Source: Nitrospirota bacterium (GTDB lineage Bacteria; Nitrospirota; Thermodesulfovibrionia; Thermodesulfovibrionales; UBA9159). Taken from it: 64,000 nucleotides of DNA. The stretch lies in the NCBI GenBank assembly GCA_963699545.1, contig CAVOUE010000006.1:224001-288000 (forward strand). Reading direction: 5' to 3'. The stretch's first letter is position 1; each line of letters begins with the position of its first letter. A program made the position numbers and the translations under genes. Positions 18,901 to 29,525 of this stretch are shown here, in pieces. The notes under the pieces were generated by a model, which saw only the letters and a program-made list of their open reading frames with translations, did not search any database and was not told the origin of the DNA.

Positions 18901-21079
18901 TAATATATCCTGCCACGTCCGAGTGTCCGGCATTCGCAGTAACACCGACCGTCTTGACCGTTATTGTGCCCCCCGCATCGGTCTTCACATAGATCCTGTA
19001 CTTAATATCCAGGTCATAGTCAAAGCCCGCGGCTGAGTCGTCGTACATTATCTCATAGGCGTACTGGTACCCGTTCGTGGTCGTCTCCGTGACGCATGCG
19101 GCGTCGCACAGGGGGGACACGGCAGCCCCCGGGGCCTTCAGGATACTGAAACCTGCAAGCTGCCCCCGGGAAAAGATGCCGTTGGCATCGGTCAGCGAAA
19201 GGTCCTTGAACGTGGGAGCCAGCTGCACCTTCATGTTGTTAACAGTGAATTCCAGCTGCGGGACAGTGGAAGGCATTGCCACAGCATAGGTGCTCACCTT
19301 CTTATAGTCCGTAACAGGATCACTGGAAGGGTTAGGAAAACCGGTGGTATGGGCCCAATGGGCAAGGCCACCCATATAGTATGACCCTTCCTTGGTCGGC
19401 TCATCAGGGCACAACCCCCTGATCGTCCTGAAATCAGGCGGAGAGCCCTTGGGGGTGCAGGCGCTGTCGGTTGTGGCGCCTATCTGCCCGATGAATGCGC
19501 CATTGGTGAGGGCGCCCAGGTTCTCGAGGGTGTTCATCTGTGAGTTCGCCACCAGCGTCTTGACACTGGGCACATCCCCGGCACTGCTTATGGTGCTGTA
19601 CCACTCAGACCCGAACAACTGGTCAGAATCATAGGACAGGGTCACATCCCCGAACATAAGCACAAAGGGTTTTGAACAGGAAGGCAGTGTCGGGCATGAT
19701 GCCGGACTCCCTCCCACGTACGGGTTGCACCACTGGCTCTCTCTTGTCAGGGAATTCAGGGGAGCGTCCGTCGGGTTGCTGTACTGTGTGGTAGGCGTCT
19801 TCTTCCCCATGAAATACCGCAGTGCCTCATAATACATCTCGCCCATGGGGTTCCCGAAATCAACGCAATTGCCTTGCGTGAACGATGCGGCAAGACCGCA
19901 GCCGTTCCCATAATTCTTGTTCGTGTAATCGTAGCCCGCTATCTCGAACAAGTCGATGTTCTTGATGATCTTTGAGACGCCTTTGATCTGGCCGTTGGTA
20001 TTGTCTATCTCTGTTGATGTGAGATCGCCCATGTTGGACCTGAGGACGCCGCCGCTCTTGTTCCCCTGGTACGTCCCTGTGATGAGACCGAAGTACATCT
20101 GGGTCGTATCGTCAGAGGTGTCATCAGTGCCCTTTCTGTCCACTCCGAACTTCTCCATCAGGCCTGAAGGTTTATAACTCGGTGTGGAAGCGCCCTGCAC
20201 GTATTTCAGGCAGTTCGACTCCAGACCTACGGTGGTATCGCAGACTTTCACGCTCACATCGTACGTAAGGTCCCATGTCGCGCTGTTATTTACAGCCTGG
20301 TCATAGAATTTGTTGCACTGTCCGACACCGCCCGCGTCCAGACTCGCCGCGTTGGGATGATAGCCTCCGCCGGGGTTTGACGCCGAAGATGGGCCATTCG
20401 CCTTATTACCCCATTCCACATACATCCTTCCCGCCGGCTGGTTGGCAGCCGTGTTCCTGTTGCAGATGGTTATGGCGGTGTTCGTTCCCAGGGTCAGCTG
20501 GGCAAGGTCATCTCCGGTATATACCTTTACCCATGCATGGGCGTCATCAGGGGTCTTTGACCTGCTGAGGACTGTGTTGCCTGAGGTGTCGGTCGTCCTC
20601 TTCCCGCCGTAGAGGACCTTCCGGATCACATCCATGCGCGACATCGTCGCCCAGTTCAGAAAGTTCCCGCTCCACTGACCGGAACAATAGTGATGGGCAG
20701 GTGCAGGAGCTTCCACCACATACCCGTTCACCAATGTTGCGCCCGTGACCAACCCCACCGGATTGAACCTGGTGCCATCCTGTGTGTAGCACTTGTTGGG
20801 ATCGAAATATCCTTCATACCTGATGGTATCTTTATAAGCAATATCAGGGATACCGTCCCCGTCCAGATCCACGACGTCGTTGAACGCCTTAAAGAACAGG
20901 TTGTGGTCCTTGGCCATGGTGAGCATGACCAGCGGAGGAGCGCCCTGGGTGATGAAGGGAGGATAGGCTGTGTAATCCCCCATGCTGGCGGCGGGGACAG
21001 CGGGGAACGCCGTGTGAGGGTCCATCGCAGCCGCCAGAAAGAGCGCAATAAACATTGCCCGCTTTGACATCGTGATCAT
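15916..21079 (-). CDS. pilY1: Type IV pilus tip adhesin PilY1/PilC #1 (about 1700 aa, about three indels in the 3' part)
   Basis: Signal peptide; WSGNFLNWATMSRMD; WKLGDIVYSTP, YVGANDGMLHAF, ELWSFIP, YFALDITDP, WLFFGTG beta-propeller motifs across frames. Confidence 0.88.
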
Positions 21080-21122
21080 CCTATTTCCTCCATACCGAAA
21101 CATGGTTTTCCTCCCTTTTAAA

Positions 21123-21707
21123 TTAAAAGGCAACATATTTATAAACACCGCCGACCACGCTTTCCGAGCCGACATCGCTCCTGGCCATGGAATTGACCCT
21201 GAAGTATACGCAGATGCCGCCACCGCCGCCGCCGGAGCCGATGCCCTCATAGCCTGAGGCAAACTCGATGGCGGAACCCTCGCACGGTCCTCCTGACATG
21301 TAATCGACATCCACCCTCACCGTGGTGGTCCCGACCGTAAGAGTGAAATTCGGGTTAAGTATGCACGTATCCAGGGTGCTGAACGGCGTGCCGGTCCTCA
21401 GCTCCTGCTGGAAAGTGGCGAAGTCCGAGACGATGCCGGCGCAGACACTGCCGCTCGCGCAACTGCTGTGACCGGGAAAGGCAACGTAATTGATGACCGG
21501 CTGGGCTATCTCAAGCCCGCCCTCGGCCCATGAGAAATTGATCTCACGGAGCCTCTCATTGCCTGCCATCATCACCTCAGTGGTGGACGTGGAAAGCGCA
21601 AGCACGCCCAATACCGTGACCACGAGAAGGCCGAGAAGGGCTACGACAAGGACAAAACCCTCTTCATGTTTTGCCGCAGGTCCCGGGTCCAAAAAAACAT
21701 TCCTCAT
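21123..21707 (-). CDS. pilX: PilX-like minor pilin #1
   Basis: EEG/FVLVVALLGLLVVTVLGVLAL prepilin N-terminus lacking Glu5; between pilW and pilY1. Confidence 0.85.
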   Translation of the reverse strand: MRNVFLDPGPAAKHEEGFVLVVALLGLLVVTVLGVLALSTSTTEVMMAGNERLREINFSWAEGGLEIAQPVINYVAFPGHSSCASGSVCAGIVSDFATFQQELRTGTPFSTLDTCILNPNFTLTVGTTTVRVDVDYMSGGPCEGSAIEFASGYEGIGSGGGGGGICVYFRVNSMARSDVGSESVVGGVYKYVAF

Positions 21708-22783
21708 GAGGGATTCCTCAGGTCAATCTCCATCTGCCACCATCTCCGTCTGAAGTTGTCGTTGGTGGCCGGATGGTTGTTGTTGTTTTCGATGAGAGCG
21801 GGCGGATTTTGCCGGAGGGCCGCTGCCTGTAGACTCAGGTCGGGCCTTCCTGACCTAACCAGAAGGTTCAACCGTATCTTGAGCACTTTATCAAGGGAAA
21901 CATTGAGGACGCCGTTATTCGGCGGACTGTACCTGAAATCATCCACGACCCCGTCGTTATTGGTATCGACGCCATAGGCCACCTGAAAATCTTCGACATA
22001 CTGGGTGAGGACCTCCACATCAGGGGTTCCGCCGCCACCTATGGGCCGTCGTCTCACCCGCTGCAAAACCCGGCACCCGCAGGTCGCATCATTCACTACC
22101 TCAAAGGTTTGATTCTCCACAAGATAGACAGGCACTCCCTCCCCGTCGTCGCACGCCCCGTTGCCGTTCAGGTCCGAATATTTCGGAAAGGACTTCCCTA
22201 TCCCGCTCTGGAGAGTGATATTAAAGGCGCCCCCTCCGCCGGCGGTAACCACGCCAAAGGCGTACCCTGCAAAGTTGACATATTTCTTGTCTCCGTTATT
22301 CAAATCGATGGTCGTCACGTTGGGCAGCGGCACGAGCCTGAGCGACTTGTCGTCCGGTCCGATGGCGCCTCCGCCGACCTTCTCGCAGAGGGTGCCGACC
22401 TTTGTGAAACCTCCCACGATGGTAAGGGTATCCGGGGCGGTTGCAGAATCGGTTACGGTAAGGACGTTCGTATACCCGTTGACCCCCCCGACGTCGCTGA
22501 GCTTTTCCCTGGACGGCAGGCCGAATCCCATCTCCCTGATCCCGTTGGCAACTATCTCAAGGGCGATCCTCGAGGATGAGTTCATTTCCGCCACCTGGTC
22601 CTGGGCTGAGAAGGAGCGTTCCTGAGCGCTGTAGACGGCGTATATCGCGCCGATAAGGATCATGCCTATGACCACCACGATCAGGAGTTCAATAAGCGTG
22701 AACCCGCCTTCAGCCTTTAGGGGACACCTTCTTCCCCGGGCCAGTCTTCCTCCGGTTGCCATATCCTCAACAGCCCTCTTCAT
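21704..22783 (-). CDS. pilW: PilW-like minor pilin #1
   Basis: GG/FTLIELLIVVV; IREMGFG; C-terminal VEDFQVAYGVD...IDLRN. Confidence 0.85.
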   Translation of the reverse strand: MKRAVEDMATGGRLARGRRCPLKAEGGFTLIELLIVVVIGMILIGAIYAVYSAQERSFSAQDQVAEMNSSSRIALEIVANGIREMGFGLPSREKLSDVGGVNGYTNVLTVTDSATAPDTLTIVGGFTKVGTLCEKVGGGAIGPDDKSLRLVPLPNVTTIDLNNGDKKYVNFAGYAFGVVTAGGGGAFNITLQSGIGKSFPKYSDLNGNGACDDGEGVPVYLVENQTFEVVNDATCGCRVLQRVRRRPIGGGGTPDVEVLTQYVEDFQVAYGVDTNNDGVVDDFRYSPPNNGVLNVSLDKVLKIRLNLLVRSGRPDLSLQAAALRQNPPALIENNNNHPATNDNFRRRWWQMEIDLRNPS

Positions 22784-22814
22784 AATAGTACCTTTTACCC
22801 TGCCCTGTTCTTCC

Positions 22815-23420
22815 CTACCAGATCAGGCTGGTATCCCACTTTTCCCCGAACAGGGTTACCGAGTGGTTACCGCCATTCCTGTCGATCCAGCACGTTCTGA
22901 CCGCAACCGCCCTCATACCGTCATTTTGAAGAGCATCGGCAGGAAGACAATTGGCCGCGGGCTGCGGATTACAGACGGGAATGGTAGGGTTCGGGTCATT
23001 CACCACGGCACGCCTGCATCTGTCCACGACCCACCATACTCGTGTAAAGTCGACTCCTCCGGTCCGTGCGATATTTGTCTTGTCCGGCTTCGCAAGGGAG
23101 AGAGAACCGGGAGGAGCAGAAGTATCATCAATATCAGCTGCCGTTGGGTGATCATTCCCTGGGGAAACAATTATCTGCAAGGCGGTCCCATCAGCCTGCC
23201 TAACCGGCGTAGCCCTGATGATCTCAAGGACCTCCTGGCATAACGTCGTTGCCGTCTGCATCTCTTTCCCGAAGGCGTTTCCGGTGATGGCGGCATACTG
23301 CATCATCGCAACGCCGAGAAGTCCAAAGGCAAGCACAAGGGCCGCCACGAGGACCTCCACCAGGGTCACCCCCTTTTCGTTTGAAACAACAGAATAACGA
23401 TGTCTCGCAGCTCTTCTCAC
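22815..23420 (-). CDS. pilV: PilV-like minor pilin #1
   Basis: EKG/VTLVEVLVAALVLAFGLLGVAMMQ. Confidence 0.85.
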   Translation of the reverse strand: MRRAARHRYSVVSNEKGVTLVEVLVAALVLAFGLLGVAMMQYAAITGNAFGKEMQTATTLCQEVLEIIRATPVRQADGTALQIIVSPGNDHPTAADIDDTSAPPGSLSLAKPDKTNIARTGGVDFTRVWWVVDRCRRAVVNDPNPTIPVCNPQPAANCLPADALQNDGMRAVAVRTCWIDRNGGNHSVTLFGEKWDTSLIW

Positions 23421-24142
23421 CTCAGCTCCGACCAGCCTGTTTCAGCCGTGTGATCAGCGTCCCCGCGCCATTTCCAGACGGTCATGGCGCCGGTAGCGCT
23501 CCTGATGGCCACCGCGTAGCTGTATCCCCTTCCCGTGTGCTGAAAGTAGACGGATCCGGTGGTCTGGAAACTCCCGTCAGTATTGAGCTGAGCCCACGTC
23601 GTGGCCCCTACTCCCTGGGTTGTGAGATTTATCCCGGTGGGAGGGATCAGTTCGGCCACGCCACCAGGACCAATGGGAGGACCATTCGGAGGGGTTATTC
23701 CTGATCCATACCCGATGATCACGTTCGGTCCGTAATTGTCAAAATCAATTCTCCTTACGCACTCGGGGATACCATCCACAAGGACATCACCATCGGGCAA
23801 CCTGTCGGGAGGGACGGTGGTATCCTTGCAGATGCCGAAGGTATCCTGATTCAACGTGAGCAGGTTATTGTTCGAGTCCCCGTCAAACCCCATCAGGTAC
23901 CTTCTGTTCACCTTGGTAGTACGGTCAATGACCACAAGATACGGCCTGTTCTCCTTTACGGCCATCGCTCTTGCCACCCTTAGGTTCTGAACAAAATCCG
24001 TTGCAGCAGACCTCCCCTGATAGTTTGCATTGAACCGGTTTATCTCCGGTAAGCCGAGAAGCGCAATGATCAGAACAATAACCGCGACTAAAGCGAGCTC
24101 GACGAGGGTAAAACCCCTCCTGTTCGAAAGTGCACTCCACAC
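23417..24142 (-). CDS. FimT/FimU/GspH-like minor pilin #1
   Basis: RRG/FTLVELALV; LRVARAMAVKENR helix typical of FimT/GspH; start uncertain. Confidence 0.8.
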   Translation of the reverse strand: MWSALSNRRGFTLVELALVAVIVLIIALLGLPEINRFNANYQGRSAATDFVQNLRVARAMAVKENRPYLVVIDRTTKVNRRYLMGFDGDSNNNLLTLNQDTFGICKDTTVPPDRLPDGDVLVDGIPECVRRIDFDNYGPNVIIGYGSGITPPNGPPIGPGGVAELIPPTGINLTTQGVGATTWAQLNTDGSFQTTGSVYFQHTGRGYSYAVAIRSATGAMTVWKWRGDADHTAETGWSELR

Positions 24143-24154
24143 GCCATATCAGTA

Positions 24155-24170
24155 AGCATGTACCGTGCCA
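24155..24170 (-). promoter_or_regulatory. Sigma54 -24/-12 promoter-like motif upstream of pilus cassette 1
   Basis: Minus strand TGGCACGGTACATGCT (GG-N10-GC). Confidence 0.65.
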
Positions 24171-24388
24171 GTTTCTAACTTTCGAATAAATAAAGATATC
24201 GAAAACTTGGAGGGGTCAGTTTAGGTAACAGGACTCATAAGATAGGAAGAAGATTACTCAGAAATGGGCGCAAAAGTCCTGATCGAGAGACCTGCCGTTC
24301 GCCCCTCCCGTTATTGCGCACTTGCTTCGGGATCCGGAATGTTTGGGTCCTGCTCCCCAGTTCTCACGGAAATAACAGATTATTTCCC

Positions 24389-25111
24389 TTAACGCGTCAT
24401 CACCCAGTTATCGGCATTGTCACCCCATGTGCACAAGCTGAAAAGCCCTGCCCGGTTTGCGCTGACGGCATAGGAATGGTTGTTGTCCGTGAGATACACT
24501 GCGCCGTTGCGGCCCTCGACAAAGCCCTTTCCATCGAACCTGATGCAGGGGTTGCCGTTGCAGGGAGGGTTTGCTTCGGTCTGGAACGTGACAGGACTTC
24601 CCGGCACCGGACCTGAATTGCCGCACGCGCTCCTTGTCACATCGCTGGGAATGCGGAAATACACACCGCTTTCAAGCCTCCCTGTCCTTACAGGCCCGTC
24701 ATTTGCCGGATCTCCGAGCTTGGCGGGATCGAGGCCGGGACTGAACTCCCCTGCTTCTCTCGCATTGTTGCCGTTGAAATCCTCCCACCTCCAGATGCTG
24801 TAGGAATCATCTGCTGTGTCAAAAACAACAAAGGCTTTCCTCGTCCTGAAAGCGCCTCCCCCGGGATTGGCGTCCCCCTGCCTCACCGCTTCGTTCTGCG
24901 CAAACCTGATATCCTCAGCAAGGTTCTGGGCAGAGGTCTTCAGCCTCGGTGAAAACGCCTCGATCAGGAAAGGAACCGCAAGGACGACCAGGGTCGCACC
25001 CACGGCCATTACCACGAGTAATTCGATAAGGGTGAATCCGCCTCGGGCTACCGCATTCTTCTGACACTCATATGGACACATAGCCCGTTTTAATCTTGAG
25101 ATTACGGCCAT
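24389..25111 (-). CDS. FimT/FimU/GspH-like minor pilin #2
   Basis: RGG/FTLIELLVVMAV; LAEDIRFAQNEAVRQG; IRFDGKG; start at ATG 25111 or 25081 (the ORF-track start lies inside a repeat). Confidence 0.8.
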   Translation of the reverse strand: MAVISRLKRAMCPYECQKNAVARGGFTLIELLVVMAVGATLVVLAVPFLIEAFSPRLKTSAQNLAEDIRFAQNEAVRQGDANPGGGAFRTRKAFVVFDTADDSYSIWRWEDFNGNNAREAGEFSPGLDPAKLGDPANDGPVRTGRLESGVYFRIPSDVTRSACGNSGPVPGSPVTFQTEANPPCNGNPCIRFDGKGFVEGRNGAVYLTDNNHSYAVSANRAGLFSLCTWGDNADNWVMTR

Positions 25112-25117
25112 TTCTCC

Positions 25118-25514
25118 GTCATTCCCGCGCCGTGCCTGCCGGCAGGCAGGCAAGCGGGAATCCAGGTTTTCCGCAAAAAAGGGAGCCCTCCCTATAGTTG
25201 ATCATAGAGATCATTCCACTCAGGATTATTCTTCTCAATAAGTTCCAGTTTCCACTTCCGGTTCCATTTCTTTATTTGCTTCTCCCTATTTATTGCTGCC
25301 TTAGCAGTTTCATGTATCTCATACCAAATCAGGTGGTGGACATTATACTTCTTTGTAAAACCATCAACAAGATTATTCTTATGTTCGTAGACGCGTTTGA
25401 TTAAGTCTGACGTCACTCCCATGTACAAAGTGCCATTCCGCTTATTGCAAAGCATATAGGCAAAGAACCTTTTCATATCTCTTTTGTCTGGATTCCCGTT
25501 TTCACGGGAATGAC
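25118..25514. mobile_element. Putative mobile unit: GIY-YIG gene bracketed by inverted GTCATTCCCG palindromes
   Basis: Left end GTCATTCCCGCG[insert]AAGCGGGAATCCAG (25118-25165); right end CTGGATTCCCGTTTTCACGGGAATGAC (25488-25514); AT-rich interior. Confidence 0.6.
25192..25476 (-). CDS. Small GIY-YIG nuclease (UPF0213/YhbQ-like), 94 aa
   Basis: FAYMLCNKRNGTLYMGVTSDLIKRVYEHK...FTKKYNVHHLIWYE...AINREKQIKKWNRKWKLELIEKNNPEW. Confidence 0.9.
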   Translation of the reverse strand: MKRFFAYMLCNKRNGTLYMGVTSDLIKRVYEHKNNLVDGFTKKYNVHHLIWYEIHETAKAAINREKQIKKWNRKWKLELIEKNNPEWNDLYDQL

Positions 25515-25536
25515 AGAATTTGTTTGTCCGGACCAA

Positions 25537-28500
25537 TCACATCTTCTTCCACCAGAGGATCTTGATGGGATTCCCCCCTGTGGTGGAGGGAGTAAAATCA
25601 TTGCCTCCTATCTGGACAACAGTGCCGTCAAAGGTCACCACATAGGCGTGTTTGTTCTCGATATCGATCCCGCCCACCACCGCACCGGCCAGCGCTATGG
25701 GAGAGTCCTGAATGGTCCCGGTGGCGCGGCTCGCCATGATGAACCTTCCCTTGCTGCCGCTCCTTACAAGGTCAGGCCGCCCCACATCAGAGTATCCCTG
25801 CCCTGTGGCGATATAGACATTTCCTCCCCCGTCCATGAGGGGAGGGCTCCACATTTTTTCACCCACATTCAGGACTAGGGGAGCGTCCTTTCCGCTCACC
25901 GGGTCTTTCCACAGCGATTCCACACCCAAAGGGGTCACCTGCAGTGCATAGACGTGATACCGGGAGATGTCTTGATCGGCGAGGCTGTCCCTTGCGCCTG
26001 TGCCGAAGACTATGTAATTCCTGTATACGGACAGGGATGCGCCAATGGGCTCTTTAGCTCCCACCGGTCTATCATCGGAATCCTTCACGAGATACGCGGG
26101 CTTGTCACCGGTAAGGCTTTTGCCGTCCACCGACCGCAGTATCCACAGCCTCCCCTGCATATCGCCAAAGGCCAGATAGTCCTGCGTTCCTGTATCGTCA
26201 ACATCCACAAGAACAGGTATGGCAGGCGTCTCATTGACACCAACGGAGTCTCCGGTGTGGAGGATTCTTCGTTTCCCACACAAGATCACCCGTTCTGAAA
26301 TCCAGGGCATAGGCGCTCAATCCCCAGACATCGTGCGGAAGGTCGGCACTGCCGGTATTCACCCGGTTTACCCATTTCGAGGTGAGGAATATAAAGGTAT
26401 TCAGTTTTGTGCCCACCTGGACCCTCCCCACTGCCGCACCTCTGGAGTTGCCCATGTTGATGTCGAACACCGAACTCTCTGCGTTCATGTACGAAGCCGG
26501 GAAGTATCCGCCATTATGATCGGCCGCCATGGGATAATAGTTCCTCCCGATCTTCTGTACCGCCGGGTCCACCTTGTTTCCATATGTCCTTTCCCAGAGG
26601 AGCTTCGGGATGTAGGGGTTCGTAACGTCAAGGGCAAATACGACACCCTGGTTAGCGCTCTGCAGGTTCTGACCCGGCGACAGTATCACCGCCGTTCCCA
26701 CAAGGACCGTCTTCCATACATGTGGAGTGTTGGGGTCGTTATCATGATCAACAAAGAAATCTCCTATCGCCGGAGAACCGTCCACAGCCACCGCCACGGG
26801 GAACGCGGGACACACGCAGTTGTTGGCATCCGCGTTGGGGGTGCAGCCCTGGACATGGTCTCCGGGATTACAGTCCGTGAAGGTCTGCTTCCGGAGCGAT
26901 GAAAGAAGAGAGGAAGGGATATACGCCCAGATCTCTTTCCCCGTCCCCTGGGAATAGCCGCCGCTGCCGCTGTTCATGTTCTGATCCCACGAACCGGCAT
27001 GAAAGGCATGGAGCATGCCGTCATCGCCTCCCGCAAATACGATCTTGTCCCTGTCCATGACAGTTCCGGTATTGTCCCTTATCACCGACGAACGCTTCAG
27101 GACCGCAGGGGTCGAATGCTCAATGCCGCCCAGCCTCTTCCTTATATCACGTGTTCCCAGCGGATTCATCTCGGTGGCATCGGATCTCCCCCTCACTGAA
27201 TTTATCAGTGCGCGGGCCCAGTTGAGAGACCGTGTGTCAGAGGGGTCAAGATAGGGTCCGAGGATGCCCGCCTTGCTGTCCTCAAAATTCACCATGGCTC
27301 CGGTACCGGGGATATTGGTAAAGATATACCTTGCGCTGTTGCTCCTGGCGGGCGCAGCAGGATTGTTCGCCCCGGCAGCAGGCATGGTGCTGTGCTTGCC
27401 CGCATCCCAGAGCACGGCATTGCTCAGAACATCAAGGGCGTAGAGATGCCCCTTGTATCCGGGATACTCAAAAGTCCCCTTATAAAGGACATTGTCTTTC
27501 ACTATAGGAGATGCCTTGTTGTATTCATTCGGGACGATCTGGAGCTGGAGGCCCAGGAGGGTGTTGAGAACGTATCTGATCCCGCAGGTATTGGACCTGG
27601 CCCAGTCAATGGCGCAGGAGGTGGCGAGAGATCCCAGGGCAAGTGTGGAAGCAGGAGTGCAGGTTGATACGCTTGCAGTATTCGGAGTGCATAGCTGCGC
27701 AGGAGCTTTAGGATCTGTGACATCAGCAACCTCTATCAAGAATGCCTGTTTATCAGGATCGGGTGGCAGCAGACCTGCGGGAAAGGTGACAAGGATCTTT
27801 GTAATGTTCGTGGTCGTAGTCGTGAGGTTGCCGATGACAATGGATGAAAGTTTTTTCGTGGTTGGGTCGTAGAGCGCTCTTTCCGACTGCACATAGATCG
27901 TTCCGTCATGGGCGATATCCTCCACAGGATTCGAAATGTCATAGGAAAGTTTCGGACAGTTCACTCCCTGGGTACAGCCGGAATAGACCGCCTCTATGGT
28001 CACGACGGCGTGTTCCACGATTGAGATATCCCGGTCAAATGAGAGGTCGAAGGTCCTGTCGGAAGGAACAGGCAGTTCTGTGTTTGAACATTGAATATAG
28101 CGGTGGCCCGCCAGGTATGCGACATACCCCTGCGTCCGTATGCCGTTTATCCTTCCGCCGACGAAGTGATCGTATCCCGGAGGGCTTGCAGGGATGCCGG
28201 CGCTATAAGCAGAGTTGTCCCTGTCGTGGATGAACCTCGAGACAGTGGAATTGTACGTATAGGGCGACGCGGGCTGCAGGGGATGGCCCGCAGTACTCGT
28301 GTCCTTCCTCGGTCTGAAATTATGAATATGCCCGCTCTGGGGAACGAACTTCCATCCGGAGCACTGGTCGAGATAAAAGGCAGGGTCCTCGAAGACCATG
28401 TCCGCACTGTTCATGCTTCCGTTATTAGAATCTATCCGGGGCACTTTATAGGTCTTATCCGTCAGGAACCCTCCGGAAGCCTGGCTGTCGAGCCCTGTTG

Positions 28501-29491
28501 TCTTCTGCGTCTTCTCCCCTAACTCAATGGAGCCCTCAAGACTTTCGATGGACGCACACTCAAAGAACCCTGCATTCCCCTTTTCGAGGAATGACCTCAT
28601 GGCTGATAAAATCTTATCTCTGTCAGCCTGGACCTTGCTCTCCGACTCCACTATCCAGTGAGGGGCCCAGAGGAGTTGAAAATTGCTGAGAACGCCGTTG
28701 ATGATATCCTGTGAAGTGACGCTCCTGAAGATCGCAAAGACCCTGTTACCCAGACCTGATGCCTTCAGATAATCAAGGAGCACCTGCGTGGCGCCTTCGC
28801 CGAGAACCGCAACCCTGGGCGGCGTCCCGGAAAGGACCTTGTCCACAGGCGCGGAAAAATCATAGCCGGCGATATGCACTTTGGCTGAAAGGTAAGTATT
28901 CCTCATGATATTTTCTGCCGTGGCCCTGATCTCTGGAGTAAGGTCATTGGCGTCTATGACAAAGGGGCCGCCCCTGTAATCGACCTGCGCCAGGCTCCCT
29001 GTAGATGTCAGAGCCTTGCTGTGGATTATCCGGACGGCAGCGTCCGCGCCCCCTTTTGCGATGGAAAAGTCGACGGCCTCCCCGCCTGCTTTGTCGGGGT
29101 TGATGATCCAGTACGCGGGCACTCCATTGGAGAGGAGGTCTAACACCATCCCGTAAGCATGAAAGATGCCCTGGTCATTTCTGTCCGTGTCGCAGCCTGC
29201 AGGGACAGGGGATACCTCGGGGTCATTGTTCGGCTGCCAGCACGGCTCCAGCGGAATGATGTAAGACCCGGCAGGAAAGGTCTTCGAGCCTGCAAGGGCT
29301 TTATCGTGGACAGTGAATACTATCACAAAACCCAAGACAATTACCGGGATGTGTATAAGGAGAAACACCTTGTCATTCCGGGCTTGACCCGGAATCCAGT
29401 GCTTTTCTGGATTCCCGCTTTCGCGGGAATGACGATAATGTCGCCTAATTATTGAAATAGCTCCTCGTAGTTTCTGCACAAGCTCCTTCAT
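25537..29491 (-). CDS. pilY1: PilY1-like adhesin #2 (about 1320 aa, one indel near 26265)
   Basis: RBS AGGGGG before ATG 29491; RLGGIEHSTPAV, FAGGDDGMLHAF, EIWAYIPSSLL, VDGSPAIGD, FGDMQGRLW, VFGTG. Confidence 0.82.
29372..29433. repeat. REP-like palindromic doublet, copy B, inside the pilY1 #2 coding region
   Basis: Minus strand GTCATTCCCGCGAAAGCGGGAATCCAG-aaaagca-CTGGATTCCGGGTCAAGCCCGGAATGAC, read as RHSRESGNPEKHWIPGQARND. Confidence 0.9.
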
Positions 29492-29525
29492 CGTATTCCC
29501 CCTTGAGAAAAAGTCATAAGAAATG

